Of a stretch of 64,000 bases of DNA, positions 10,367 through 20,176 are shown piece after piece. A model generated the notes under the pieces. The model had not been told where the DNA came from, searched no databases, and was given only the letters and a program-made list of their open reading frames with translations. Source of the DNA: a bacterium (GTDB lineage Bacteria > Patescibacteriota > Patescibacteriia > Patescibacteriales > UBA12465); the NCBI GenBank assembly GCA_021806615.1, contig JAJZRB010000001.1, positions 79,024 through 143,023 on the forward strand, given 5' to 3'. How positions within the stretch are numbered: the first letter of the stretch is position 1; every line of letters starts with the position of its first letter. Both the position numbers and the translations under genes were made by a program.

Positions 10367-13138
10367 ATGTCTAAGACTAAGCCTAAATTAATAATCATTG
10401 ACGGCAATGCTCTTATCCACCGCAGCTTCCATGCTTTGCCGCCGACTTTACGTACCAAGTCCGGCCAGCTGGTTAATGCTGTATACGGATTTACTTCCTT
10501 CCTTTTAAAAGCGCTGAATGAATTCCATCCAGAATATGTGGTCCTGACCTTGGATAAGAAAGGCCCGACCTTCCGTCATGAAGAATACCCTGCCTATAAG
10601 GCCACGCGCATCAAAGCTCCGGACGAATTATATGAACAAATTCCTCTCGTGAAACAAGTAGCGGAGTCTTTTAATATCCCGATCTTTGAGCTAAGCGGCT
10701 TTGAGGCGGATGATCTCATCGGCACTATCTGCGACCAGGCTGAAACATCTAAAAATTTAGAAAAGATAATCATTACCGGCGACTTAGATACCCTGCAGCT
10801 TATCAGCCCAAAAACCAAGGTTTATACTATGAGCCGCGGCTTAAGCGATAGTATTTTATACGGCGAAGACGAGGTGCGCGCCCGCTATAATCTCCGGCCC
10901 GATCAAATCATCGACTATAAGGCTCTGCGCGGCGATCCGAGCGATAATATCCCCGGCGTCAAAGGAATAGGCGAAAAGACAGCCAGCGAATTATTGGTGG
11001 AATTTAATGATTTAGACGGCGTTTATGCGGCAGTCAAGAAAAATAGCGCTAAGATAACGCCGCGGATCTTAGAGCTCTTAAGAATGAATAAAGAAAATGC
11101 TTATCTCAGCCAGCATTTAGCGACTATAAATCGGAACGCCCCGTTGAAATTCTCTTTAAGCGATATCCAATATACTGCATTCAAGCTGGATAAGGTCATG
11201 GATCTTTTTAGTGAACTGGAGTTCAAATCTCTATTGAACAAGGTTAAAGAACTGCGGGACAATCTGAATAAAGCGCATGACTCCAGGATAAAATCCGACG
11301 AAGAAGGCGCGGCGGCTGGCGGCCGTTCAGGCGAAACTAAATTTACCCGGAATGCCAAGCAATTCCGATACGAGCTGATTGATAGTGATAAAAAATTTAT
11401 TTCTTTCTTAAAAAAGATTAAAAGGCAAGCAGCTTTCGCTCTAGATACGGAAACTTCCGGCTTAGATCCGATAAACGCCGAATTATTGGGACTGAGCTTC
11501 TCCTGGAAACCAGGCGAAGCTTATTTCGTTCTAGCCAATAAAAAGCGCCTAGCCGCCTTGCAGCCGATATTGGAAAATAAAAAGATAAAAAAATACGGCC
11601 ATAATGTAAAATTTGACTGGCGCGTTCTTAAGAACCAAGGCATCAATTTAGAGGGGATAGCCTTCGATACGATGCTCGCCTCTTATCTCCTGAACCCGGG
11701 CAGCCGCCAACACAGTTTGGACGGATTAGCGTTCACCGAACTAGGCTTTGAAAAAATAAGCAAAGCTAATCTGGCCGATACCCAACCGGGCCAGCTTACT
11801 TTAGACTTCAAGGCGCTGGATCCGCAAAAACTAAGCCTATACTCTTGCGAGGATGCGGATTTTACCAACCGCCTGGTCAAATCCTTGACGCCGAAACTGA
11901 AAGCCGAAAAATTGCAGGAACTGTTTACAAGAATTGAGCTCCCCTTGGCGCCCGTCTTAGGAAAAATGGAAGATAATGGCATCAATATAGACCCCGGACG
12001 ATTAAGCGGCTTAAGCCGAGAAGTAGGGCTTAGATTGAAAAAACTAGAGACAGCCATACATCGCTTAGCACAGGAAAAATTCAATATTAACTCTACCAAG
12101 CAACTGAAAGAAATCTTATTCACCAGGCTGGCCATACCGACTGATAATATAAAAAAGACTAAAACCGGTTTTTCTACGGCCGAAGATGAATTAGCAAAAT
12201 TACGCGATTTTCATCCGATTATCCCTTTGCTGCAAGACTATCGGGAATTGAATAAACTGCAGACGACCTACTTGAACGCTCTGCCGACGATGATTAACCC
12301 GAAAACGGGCCGGATACATACTAATTTTAACCAGACGATCGCCGCCACCGGGCGTTTGTCCTCTACCGACCCGAATCTGCAAAATATCCCGACTCGGACT
12401 GCTGAGGGGCAGAAAATCAGGCAGGCTTTTATCGCCGCCCCCGGCTATAAGCTGCTCGGCTTCGATTATTCCCAGATCGAACTGCGTCTGGCCGCCCATA
12501 TATCCGGAGACGAAAAGATGATCGCCGCCTTTAAAAACGGCGAGGATATCCATAGCGCTACGGCGGCGGAAATTAACGGAGTAAAGCTGGACGCCGTGAC
12601 TAAGAATATGCGGCGGGAAGCGAAGGCGGTCAACTTCGGCATTCTATACGGCCAAGGATCGCATGGCCTAAGCCAAGGAGCAGGCATCTCCTACGCCCAA
12701 GCAGCTGATTTCATAAGAAAATATTTCGCGGCTTATCCTAAAATAAAAAAAATGACTGAGGGTTTTATCCAAGAGGCTAAAGATAAAGGCTATGTTTCCA
12801 CGCTATTCGGCCGCCGGCGCCCTCTGCCAGAAATCAATTCCACTATTCCGGCCATACGTAAAAGCGCGGAGCGCATGGCGATCAATACCCCCCTGCAAGG
12901 CACGGCCGCTGATATTATCAAGCTGGCCATGGTAAAGATAGCCGAGCTCATCAGAGACCGAGAGGCGGATATCAGGCTGCTCTTGCAAATACATGACGAA
13001 TTGATTTTTGAAATCAAACCCGATAAGATAAAAACCTACGCTCCGCTGATCAAAGATACCATGCAGAACGTCATAAAGCTCAAGGTGCCGATAATCGTGG
13101 AAGAAGCGAGCGGCGACAATTGGGGAGAGTTAAAATAA
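10367..13138 (+). CDS. polA: DNA polymerase I
   Basis: 5'-3' exonuclease (IDGNA, EADD), 3'-5' exonuclease (LDTET), polymerase DYSQIELR and QIHDEL. Confidence 0.98.
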   Translation: MSKTKPKLIIIDGNALIHRSFHALPPTLRTKSGQLVNAVYGFTSFLLKALNEFHPEYVVLTLDKKGPTFRHEEYPAYKATRIKAPDELYEQIPLVKQVAESFNIPIFELSGFEADDLIGTICDQAETSKNLEKIIITGDLDTLQLISPKTKVYTMSRGLSDSILYGEDEVRARYNLRPDQIIDYKALRGDPSDNIPGVKGIGEKTASELLVEFNDLDGVYAAVKKNSAKITPRILELLRMNKENAYLSQHLATINRNAPLKFSLSDIQYTAFKLDKVMDLFSELEFKSLLNKVKELRDNLNKAHDSRIKSDEEGAAAGGRSGETKFTRNAKQFRYELIDSDKKFISFLKKIKRQAAFALDTETSGLDPINAELLGLSFSWKPGEAYFVLANKKRLAALQPILENKKIKKYGHNVKFDWRVLKNQGINLEGIAFDTMLASYLLNPGSRQHSLDGLAFTELGFEKISKANLADTQPGQLTLDFKALDPQKLSLYSCEDADFTNRLVKSLTPKLKAEKLQELFTRIELPLAPVLGKMEDNGINIDPGRLSGLSREVGLRLKKLETAIHRLAQEKFNINSTKQLKEILFTRLAIPTDNIKKTKTGFSTAEDELAKLRDFHPIIPLLQDYRELNKLQTTYLNALPTMINPKTGRIHTNFNQTIAATGRLSSTDPNLQNIPTRTAEGQKIRQAFIAAPGYKLLGFDYSQIELRLAAHISGDEKMIAAFKNGEDIHSATAAEINGVKLDAVTKNMRREAKAVNFGILYGQGSHGLSQGAGISYAQAADFIRKYFAAYPKIKKMTEGFIQEAKDKGYVSTLFGRRRPLPEINSTIPAIRKSAERMAINTPLQGTAADIIKLAMVKIAELIRDREADIRLLLQIHDELIFEIKPDKIKTYAPLIKDTMQNVIKLKVPIIVEEASGDNWGELK

Positions 13139-13139
13139 A

Positions 13140-14483
13140 ATGCTTAAATCACAAAGAGACAAATTAAAAAAACTGAATGGACTGAAAATCGCCCTTCTAG
13201 GCTGGGGGCTGGATAATCAGTCGCTTTTAGCCTTGCTGGACAAGGAAAAAATAAAAGCGCAGATCACCATTTGCGACTTCAGGGATAAAGAGCAATTGCC
13301 GCCGGTCAGGACTAAGCACCTGCGGGTCGCCTATCAATTAGGGGCATCGTTCAATACGAATTTAGACCGATTTGACTGCTTATTCCGTTCCCCGGGCTGG
13401 CCAATAGCTTGTCCGGGAATACAGGCCGCCCTAAAAACAGGGCACACGGAACTGAATAGCCCGATGAACCTATTCTTCTACCTCGCGCCGACGAAAAATA
13501 TCATCGGCATTACCGGTAGCAAAGGCAAAGGCACGACTGCCAGCTTGATTTATCAGATTCTCCTTGACTCTAACCGCCACAATAAGAAGAAAGTCTGGCT
13601 CGGCGGCAACATCGGCGTTTCTCCCTTATCTTTCTTGGAAAAAATAAAAGCTGGCGATTTCGTCATCTTAGAATTATCCAGCTTCCAGTTGGAAGACTTG
13701 AGATATTCGCCGCGCCTGGCGCTTATAACCAATCTATTCCCTGAACATCTAGCGCCGGCCGATCCTCATAATCCGAATTTCCATGCTTCTCGTGCCGCTT
13801 ACTGGCGGGCCAAATTGAATATTGCCAGCCATGGACAGAATGAATATCTGATTGTCAGCTATAACTTAAAGAATAAAATGAGATCCGTCCGTACTGCGAG
13901 CAAAATTATTTATTTCCGGGCCAGCCGTTTAGCTTCTCATTTAGCAGGAGAATACAACCGGGAAAATATCGGCGCGGCCGTAGCGGCCGCCAAAATCCTA
14001 AAGATAAAACCCGATGTCTACAGGCGGACGATCGCCTCTTTCCATAACTTAGAACATCGCCTGGAACTGGTGGCCGAAATAAAAGGCGTCAGATATTTCG
14101 ACAATAGCTTCTCTACTACGCCGGAAAGCACCGTCTTAGATTTAAAATCTTTCCGTGCGCCGGTGATCCTGATCGCGGGTGGAGCGGATAAGGGCGCTAG
14201 TTTCCGCTTCTTAGCGCGGACGATAAGAAAACGGGTAAAATTCTTGATCCTCCTAGACGGCCGAGCTACGCCGCGGATCAAAAAAGAACTAACGGTTATT
14301 AGATTTCCCCGCTCCCGGATGAGGGACGCCAAAAGCATGGCTGAGGCCGTTTCGCTCGCGCGCGCGCAAAGCGTTCCCGGAGATATCGTCCTCCTATCTA
14401 CAGCTTGCGCTAGCTTCGGACTCTTCAAAAATTATAAAGAACGCGGCGATCAATTCAAATACTATGTCCGAGCTGGAATATAA
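13140..14483 (+). CDS. murD: UDP-MurNAc-L-Ala--D-glutamate ligase
   Basis: GITGSKGKGTT, GGNIG, ELSSFQL, HRLE, ACASF...ERG. Confidence 0.95.
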   Translation: MLKSQRDKLKKLNGLKIALLGWGLDNQSLLALLDKEKIKAQITICDFRDKEQLPPVRTKHLRVAYQLGASFNTNLDRFDCLFRSPGWPIACPGIQAALKTGHTELNSPMNLFFYLAPTKNIIGITGSKGKGTTASLIYQILLDSNRHNKKKVWLGGNIGVSPLSFLEKIKAGDFVILELSSFQLEDLRYSPRLALITNLFPEHLAPADPHNPNFHASRAAYWRAKLNIASHGQNEYLIVSYNLKNKMRSVRTASKIIYFRASRLASHLAGEYNRENIGAAVAAAKILKIKPDVYRRTIASFHNLEHRLELVAEIKGVRYFDNSFSTTPESTVLDLKSFRAPVILIAGGADKGASFRFLARTIRKRVKFLILLDGRATPRIKKELTVIRFPRSRMRDAKSMAEAVSLARAQSVPGDIVLLSTACASFGLFKNYKERGDQFKYYVRAGI

Positions 14484-15318
14484 TAAGATGGCAGCAAAAA
14501 ATATTATCGGCGTCTTTGACTCCGGCTTGGGAGGCTTGACGGTCTTAAAACATTTTCTCCAGGTTCTGCCCGATTATAACTATATATACCTGGGCGATAG
14601 CGCGCGGCTCCCCTATGGAGAGAAATCTCCGGAAACGATTTATAATTACAGCCGCGAAGCTATTGATTTCCTATTCAGAAAAGGCTGCAAACTTATAATC
14701 ATCGCGTGCAACACCGCTTCCAGCCAGGCTCTACGACGTCTGCAACAGGAATATCTGCCTACCGCTTATCCTGATCGACGCATCTTGGGGGTCATCCGCC
14801 CCGTTGCGGAATATGTCGCTCGCCAGGACCATTTAGACTCCGTCGGGATTATTGGCACCAAAGCGACGATAAATTCGCGCGCCTACCAGGCTGAACTCAG
14901 CAAATTGAACCCCAATTTAAGGGTAGAGGCTGAAAGCACGCCCTTACTGGTCCCCCTTATCGAGGAGGGTTGGTCCGCTAAGCCGGAAACGAAGATGATT
15001 TTAAAAAAATATCTACGGCCGTTAAAAATAAAAAAAATAGGCGCCCTTATCCTGGGCTGTACCCATTACCCCTTCCTGCGCCGGGAAATAAAACAAATAA
15101 TGGGCCGGCGGATAGCCGTCCCTGAACCGGGGGAAATAATCGCGGCCAGCCTGAAAGAATATCTAGGCCGGCATCCCGAGCTTGGCCTATCGATTTCTGA
15201 CCAAGTGACCCATGAGTACTATACGACCGATAATCCCGTCCTTTTTCGGAAATTGGGCGAAAAATTCTTAGGATGCCATTTAGATAATTTAAGCCAAGTT
15301 AAAATAAGCGCCACATAA
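14464..15318 (+). CDS. murI: Glutamate racemase
   Basis: FDSGLGG, ACNTAS, LGCTHYP; start may be 14488. Confidence 0.97.
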   Translation: MSELEYNKMAAKNIIGVFDSGLGGLTVLKHFLQVLPDYNYIYLGDSARLPYGEKSPETIYNYSREAIDFLFRKGCKLIIIACNTASSQALRRLQQEYLPTAYPDRRILGVIRPVAEYVARQDHLDSVGIIGTKATINSRAYQAELSKLNPNLRVEAESTPLLVPLIEEGWSAKPETKMILKKYLRPLKIKKIGALILGCTHYPFLRREIKQIMGRRIAVPEPGEIIAASLKEYLGRHPELGLSISDQVTHEYYTTDNPVLFRKLGEKFLGCHLDNLSQVKISAT

Positions 15319-15320
15319 CT

Positions 15321-16289
15321 ATGATTATCTTTATATACGGTGCGGATACTTTCCGTTCTCAGCGCTTTCTCCGGGAATTGCGCGATAAATTTACTCGCGA
15401 CGTCGATCCGGATGCGAATAGCTTCAGTTTTATAGACGGCAGCACGGCGGCGCTTTCCGCTATCGGCGAAAGAATAAATACCGGCTCGCTTTTCGTAAAA
15501 AAAAGGCTGGTCATCATAGAAAATATCTTTCAAAATAAGAAGAATGGGATTCTCCCGGACTTGCTGGATTATTTGAAGAGAATAGCTTCCAGCGAAGACG
15601 CCGTTATAATCTTCCGGGACGAAGAGCTCAATACCAAGAATCGGCCGCTTAAGGCGGATGAAAAAAAACTGTTTAATTTTTTGAGCCAGCAACCTTATTC
15701 CCAAGAATTCAAAACTCTTTCTGACAGCCAGATCCTGACTTTCATCAAGAAAGAAGCGGGCGCTTACCATAAAGACATCGGGGCTCCGGCCGCCTCCCTG
15801 CTTCTGAACCTAAGCGGCAATGATCTGTGGGCTATCGCCGGCCACCTGAAAAAATTAGCTTTTGCTAGTACGGACAAAACGATAACGAGCGGTCAGGTCA
15901 AGGAGCTGGTTTCTGCATCTTATGATGAGAATATCTTTGGCTTGACCGACGCTCTTAGCGTCAAGGACAAGAAATTAGCGGCCGGCCTGCTCGCCGAACA
16001 ATACGCGGCCGGCTTAAGCGGCGAGTATCTTCTAACGATGCTTATCCGCCAATTCAAGATCCTCTTGCAGATCCGTTCAGCCTTGGACAGGAAAATAAGT
16101 CCGGCCGATCTGGCCTCAGAATTGAAGCTCCACCCCTTCATCATCAAAAAAGGGGCGCTACAGGCTAGGAATTTCAGCGCGGCGGCTTTAAAAAATTATC
16201 TAGACCGCCTGATCCGCTTGGATTTCTTAAATAAAAAGGGGCGCAGCGATATTGCCACGGAACTGACTTTGCTAATTTCCGGATTATAA
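15321..16289 (+). CDS. holA: DNA polymerase III delta subunit
   Basis: IFIYG start, SLF..KRLVII, IFGLTDA, LHPF..KK pattern. Confidence 0.9.
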   Translation: MIIFIYGADTFRSQRFLRELRDKFTRDVDPDANSFSFIDGSTAALSAIGERINTGSLFVKKRLVIIENIFQNKKNGILPDLLDYLKRIASSEDAVIIFRDEELNTKNRPLKADEKKLFNFLSQQPYSQEFKTLSDSQILTFIKKEAGAYHKDIGAPAASLLLNLSGNDLWAIAGHLKKLAFASTDKTITSGQVKELVSASYDENIFGLTDALSVKDKKLAAGLLAEQYAAGLSGEYLLTMLIRQFKILLQIRSALDRKISPADLASELKLHPFIIKKGALQARNFSAAALKNYLDRLIRLDFLNKKGRSDIATELTLLISGL

Positions 16290-16356
16290 TGGATATTGAT
16301 TAACGGACGCTTGCCTTTTTATTTAATATTTGTTATATTCTTGTCAGTTAAAAATT

Positions 16357-16433
16357 GGGCAATTAGCTCAGTTGGTTAGAGCGCAACACTGATAATGTTG
16401 AGGTCGGTGGTTCGAGTCCACCATTGCCCACCA
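16357..16433 (+). tRNA. tRNA-Ile(GAU)
   Basis: Cloverleaf, GAT anticodon, encoded CCA. Confidence 0.97.
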
Positions 16434-16458
16434 CTCATCATAATTTATTTATTATTAT

Positions 16459-16531
16459 AGCGGGGTAGAGCAGTTGGCAGCTCGCTAGGCCCATAACCTA
16501 GAGGTCGCCGGTTCGAGTCCGGCCCCCGCAA
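16459..16531 (+). tRNA. Initiator tRNA-fMet(CAU), atypical
   Basis: CAT anticodon, 1:72 mismatch (A:A), A11:U24, GCGGGG/CCCCGC acceptor stem; no CCA. Confidence 0.9.
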
Positions 16532-16555
16532 CTTATTTGACAACACAATTTTCAA

Positions 16556-16627
16556 GCCTCGGTAGCTCAGTGGTAGAGCAAAGGACTGAAAATCCTTGTG
16601 TCGTCAGTTCGATTCTGACCCGGGGCA
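16556..16627 (+). tRNA. tRNA-Phe(GAA)
   Basis: Cloverleaf, AAGGA-CTGAAAA-TCCTT anticodon arm. Confidence 0.96.
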
Positions 16628-16691
16628 CAAAGTAGATAAAAAAATAAACCCATGTTATATTTGTTATGGGTTTATTTTTTTAAATCAAGGG

Positions 16692-16766
16692 CGGGGTGTG
16701 GCCCAGTTGGTCTAAGGCGTCTGGTTTGGGACCAGAAGATCGAGAGTTCGAATCTCTCCACCCCGA
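16692..16766 (+). tRNA. tRNA-Pro(UGG)
   Basis: CGGGGTG/CACCCCG acceptor stem, TCTGG-TTTGGGA-CCAGA anticodon arm. Confidence 0.96.
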
Positions 16767-16835
16767 CAAAGCAAACTGGTTCAACTCTCTTCCGGCGATT
16801 AAATCCTTATAAGAGCGGGCGCGTGCCGCTCTTTT

Positions 16836-17951
16836 TTATCGAGCGCTGGCGATGTCCTTGGCCGCCTGCCTGAAGGATAAGAAGCGGATTATCTTATTCA
16901 TCAACCATCCGAGCCCGAGAAATAGGAATAAATAAAGTAGGGTCGCCGCCCAAGCCGGCAGCCAGAAATAAAATATATCGTAACGATAGAGGATCGGCCA
17001 ATGGAATAAGTAAATCTCATATGAATATAAGCCGAACAGGGACAATAACCGGCATTCTATCTTTTTCAAAATGAAAACGCCGGAAATAGCCAGGACAGCC
17101 AAGATGCTCATGCTCTGCTCCAGGCGTGCGCTAACGCCGATGCCGGAATGGATATTAGCATAAACGAAGATCGCCAATAAACCGGCTAAAACCGGATAAT
17201 AAACCATAGCGGTCCCGGCCGCCGACCATTTTCCCGCTGAAAAGTCGGGCGCCGGAATCTTGGTCACTATCCACGCTGCCATGACGCCCAGAGGAAAAGC
17301 GAAAATGTGGACTTTATAAAGATATAAGACATAATCCAGAAATGGCGGCTGCCAATAAATCAACAGATAGCCGGCCAGATATAAAACGAGAGCCGAAAAC
17401 CAGGGCCTCTTTTTATTGAAGACGAGAGGAAATAACAAATAGTAGCCGAGGATAAAAGTAAAATACCATAAAGGAGAATTGATATCCTGATATAAATCGG
17501 CGTGAGTAAAAATTCCTAAAAAAGCTCGCCCAAGATAATCAAGAGGGTAGCTGATATGCAAAACCAGATAATCTAAAGCCACGAACGCGGCGAGAACTAG
17601 CCAGAACGGCGTAAATAATTTTAAAAGACGTTTTTTATAGAATTGCCAGGCAGGCAAATTCTTTTGCAGCTGGCTGGCCGTCAGTCCGAAACCGGACAAG
17701 AATAAAAATAAATTCACGCCGACGCCGGCGGCGATAGTAAGCGGCCACAGGAAGCGATGATCATTAACCAAAAAATAGCCGATATGCGACAAAACGATCA
17801 TCAAAATCGCCAGACCCTTGAGTTCGGTCGTCAGCGTCGCCGGAAACCACTCTTTTATTTGGCGCGACCTGACTAAGGCTGCTAAAATAATAAAAAAAAT
17901 AAGAGAAAAAATCCAAGTCGACTGGACCGGGTCATTGATAGAAATGATCAT
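16836..17951 (-). CDS. Acyltransferase family 3 (OafA/OatA-like membrane acyltransferase)
   Basis: LKGLAILMIVLSH, VNLFLFLSGFG, LWY, SYEIYLFH; about 10 TM segments. Confidence 0.9.
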   Translation of the reverse strand: MIISINDPVQSTWIFSLIFFIILAALVRSRQIKEWFPATLTTELKGLAILMIVLSHIGYFLVNDHRFLWPLTIAAGVGVNLFLFLSGFGLTASQLQKNLPAWQFYKKRLLKLFTPFWLVLAAFVALDYLVLHISYPLDYLGRAFLGIFTHADLYQDINSPLWYFTFILGYYLLFPLVFNKKRPWFSALVLYLAGYLLIYWQPPFLDYVLYLYKVHIFAFPLGVMAAWIVTKIPAPDFSAGKWSAAGTAMVYYPVLAGLLAIFVYANIHSGIGVSARLEQSMSILAVLAISGVFILKKIECRLLSLFGLYSYEIYLFHWPILYRYDIFYFWLPAWAATLLYLFLFLGLGWLMNKIIRFLSFRQAAKDIASAR

Positions 17952-18699
17952 AAATTATGCCCGCCCAGATCTTATAGCCTGCGGCGGAGGGATGAAATAA
18001 GTCGGCGGAGTAATGCGCTCCCGCCTGTTTGAATAAAGCGACGGTCGGCGTGTACAGATCAATGTAGACAATATGATACTTAACAGATAATTCTTTTATA
18101 ATAGCATTAAACTCCCGCGTCCTAGCATCAAAATAAACTTGATAAGGCGGAAGCATCATGGTATCGGCGCCGATAAACGGAATATTAACAGCATATACCG
18201 CAGCGGAAGTCTCTTTAGTGAGGCGCTCTAATATCTCTCCATAATTATGACGGAAGACGTCGGCCGAGACATTATTATGGATATCATTGACGCCGATAAG
18301 CAGGGTGATGACTTGCGGCTTAGTCTGGACGGCCGGAGATAATAAGTTATTTATCAAATCAGCCGTCTTATAGCCCGGAACCGAATAATTCTGTAAAATG
18401 ACTTTTTTATCTCGGCCAGCCAGCCGATCGGCCAATAAATAAGGAAGGGAGTCCTGTGCCGATGAGGTGCCGGCTCCCGCCATCAGGCTGTCGCCGAGAG
18501 CCAAATAAACTAGGCTGGAAGTAGCGGTCATATTATTAAAGACTAGCTGGTCTCCGATCCTATTGACCGGAGGCAGATTAGCTGCTCCTATAGTATTATA
18601 GATATGGGCATAGGCCCGATTCAAATATAAGCCGATAACAGCTAAGATAATAGCGAGGGCCAGCAGGTAACGTTTTCTTTTTTTAGAGGTAATATTCAT
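17932..18699 (-). CDS. SGNH/GDSL hydrolase with N-terminal membrane anchor
   Basis: LGDSL, GVND, DLFHPS; likely start MNITSKK at 18699. Confidence 0.92.
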   Translation of the reverse strand: MNITSKKRKRYLLALAIILAVIGLYLNRAYAHIYNTIGAANLPPVNRIGDQLVFNNMTATSSLVYLALGDSLMAGAGTSSAQDSLPYLLADRLAGRDKKVILQNYSVPGYKTADLINNLLSPAVQTKPQVITLLIGVNDIHNNVSADVFRHNYGEILERLTKETSAAVYAVNIPFIGADTMMLPPYQVYFDARTREFNAIIKELSVKYHIVYIDLYTPTVALFKQAGAHYSADLFHPSAAGYKIWAGIIYDHFYQ

Positions 18700-18825
18700 G
18701 TAATATAGTATATAACAAAATCCAGGATCGTGCATACTGAGAAGCCATTTCCCTGCCCTTGATTTTTATTTATTATTATGTTAGTATTCACTCATCTTAA
18801 TTAATTTATTATTTAGAAATTCCGT

Positions 18826-19086
18826 ATGCCAAACAAGAAATCGGCGGCTAAAGAACTGCGTAAAGCTGTCAAAAGAAAGGCCGCTAATAAAAAAGCTTCT
18901 GACAAACTCAAAGATTTAGTTAAAGTTAGCCTAAAACAAATTAAGGCCAACGATAAAAAAATCAAAGAAGATTATATTAAAACTATCAAAGCTATCGATA
19001 AAGCCGCTAAGAAAGGCGTCATCAAGAAAAATACGGCCGCCAGACGGAAATCACGGCTGATGAAGAAAATTAATACCATTAAATAA
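18826..19086 (+). CDS. rpsT: 30S ribosomal protein S20
   Basis: MPNKKSAAK...IDKAAKKGVIKKNTAARRKSRL. Confidence 0.97.
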   Translation: MPNKKSAAKELRKAVKRKAANKKASDKLKDLVKVSLKQIKANDKKIKEDYIKTIKAIDKAAKKGVIKKNTAARRKSRLMKKINTIK

Positions 19087-19103
19087 GCGTATTATATAAT
19101 AAT

Positions 19104-19170
19104 GTACTCATCTTGGATGCGGAGACAGAAGCCTTAAAACCGAAGGCCGGGCCGCTTCTCGGATGAGCGC
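19104..19170 (+). promoter_or_regulatory. Candidate structured rpsO leader RNA
   Basis: After TATAAT (19095-19100): CTCATCT/GGATGAG, GCGG/CCGC and GCCTT/AAGGC helices. Confidence 0.55.
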
Positions 19171-19177
19171 CAAAACT

Positions 19178-19555
19178 ATGCTAGATAAAAAGACCAAAGA
19201 AAAAATCATTAAAAAATTTCGCGTCCACGATACCGATACCGGCTCGCCGCAAGTACAGATAGCGATCTTGACCGAAGAGATCAAAGAACTGACCGAACAT
19301 TTGAAGAATCATAAGCATGACTTCTCTTCCCGCCGCGGCTTGTTAAAAAAAGTCAGCGAGAGACGGAAACTATTAAAATTCTTACAGAAAGAAAGCGCCG
19401 AACAATTCAAAGAATTGGCGGATAAGCTTAAATTGAAGATTGCCCAGAAACTGCAGGAAGAGGAAGAGGAAGAAAAGAAAAAGGAGAAAAAGTATATCGA
19501 GACCGAAGAAGACGGCGAAGAAAGCAAGGACGCCGCTAGTGACGAGGAAAAATAA
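19178..19555 (+). CDS. rpsO: 30S ribosomal protein S15 with acidic C-terminal tail
   Basis: DTGSPQVQIAILT, HDFSSRRGLL. Confidence 0.97.
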   Translation: MLDKKTKEKIIKKFRVHDTDTGSPQVQIAILTEEIKELTEHLKNHKHDFSSRRGLLKKVSERRKLLKFLQKESAEQFKELADKLKLKIAQKLQEEEEEEKKKEKKYIETEEDGEESKDAASDEEK

Positions 19556-19563
19556 TAATCATT

Positions 19564-20064
19564 ATGATAAAACACAAGGAACAACGAGTAGGAATTTTGG
19601 TTGATGTTTCCAACATGTACCATTCTGCCAAGAATCTATACAACAAAAAAACCAATTTCAAGGAGATTTTAACTAAAGCAGTGGCCGGCCGGAAGTTGAT
19701 CCGGGCCACTGCTTATGCTATCCGGACAGAGAACAAGGAAGAATCACCTTTCATAGAAGCTCTGGAACAACAAGGCTTCGAAGTCAAGATGAAAGATCTC
19801 CAGATCTTTGCCGGCGGAGCGAAAAAGGCCGACTGGGATGTCGGTATCGCCATTGACGCCATCAAGCTGGCTGACAAGTTAGACGTCTTGGTGATCGTAT
19901 CCGGCGACGGCGACTATTTGCCGCTAGTTTCCTACCTGCAGAATAATAAAGGCTGCTTAGTAGAAATAATGGCCTTCAGGAAAACCTGCTCTTCAAAACT
20001 GATCGAGGAGGCAGATGATTTTACCGATCTGGGAAGCAGTAAGAAATTCTTGATTTATAACTAA
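19564..20064 (+). CDS. NYN-domain (LabA/DUF88, PIN-like) putative ribonuclease
   Basis: VDVSN, KADWDVGIAIDA, VSGDGDY. Confidence 0.92.
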   Translation: MIKHKEQRVGILVDVSNMYHSAKNLYNKKTNFKEILTKAVAGRKLIRATAYAIRTENKEESPFIEALEQQGFEVKMKDLQIFAGGAKKADWDVGIAIDAIKLADKLDVLVIVSGDGDYLPLVSYLQNNKGCLVEIMAFRKTCSSKLIEEADDFTDLGSSKKFLIYN

Positions 20065-20176
20065 TTAAAATAAAGCCGATAAACGGCTATTAAGAACTAA
20101 ACGCTTCTGTCCGTTAAATAGATAGCGCTGTATTATACATACAGTTCTGTAATTTAACGGCCAGAGCAACGAAATT

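Noticed and set aside
16692-18760. Integrative element at tRNA-Pro
   Set aside because: No integrase and no duplicated tRNA 3' end seen.
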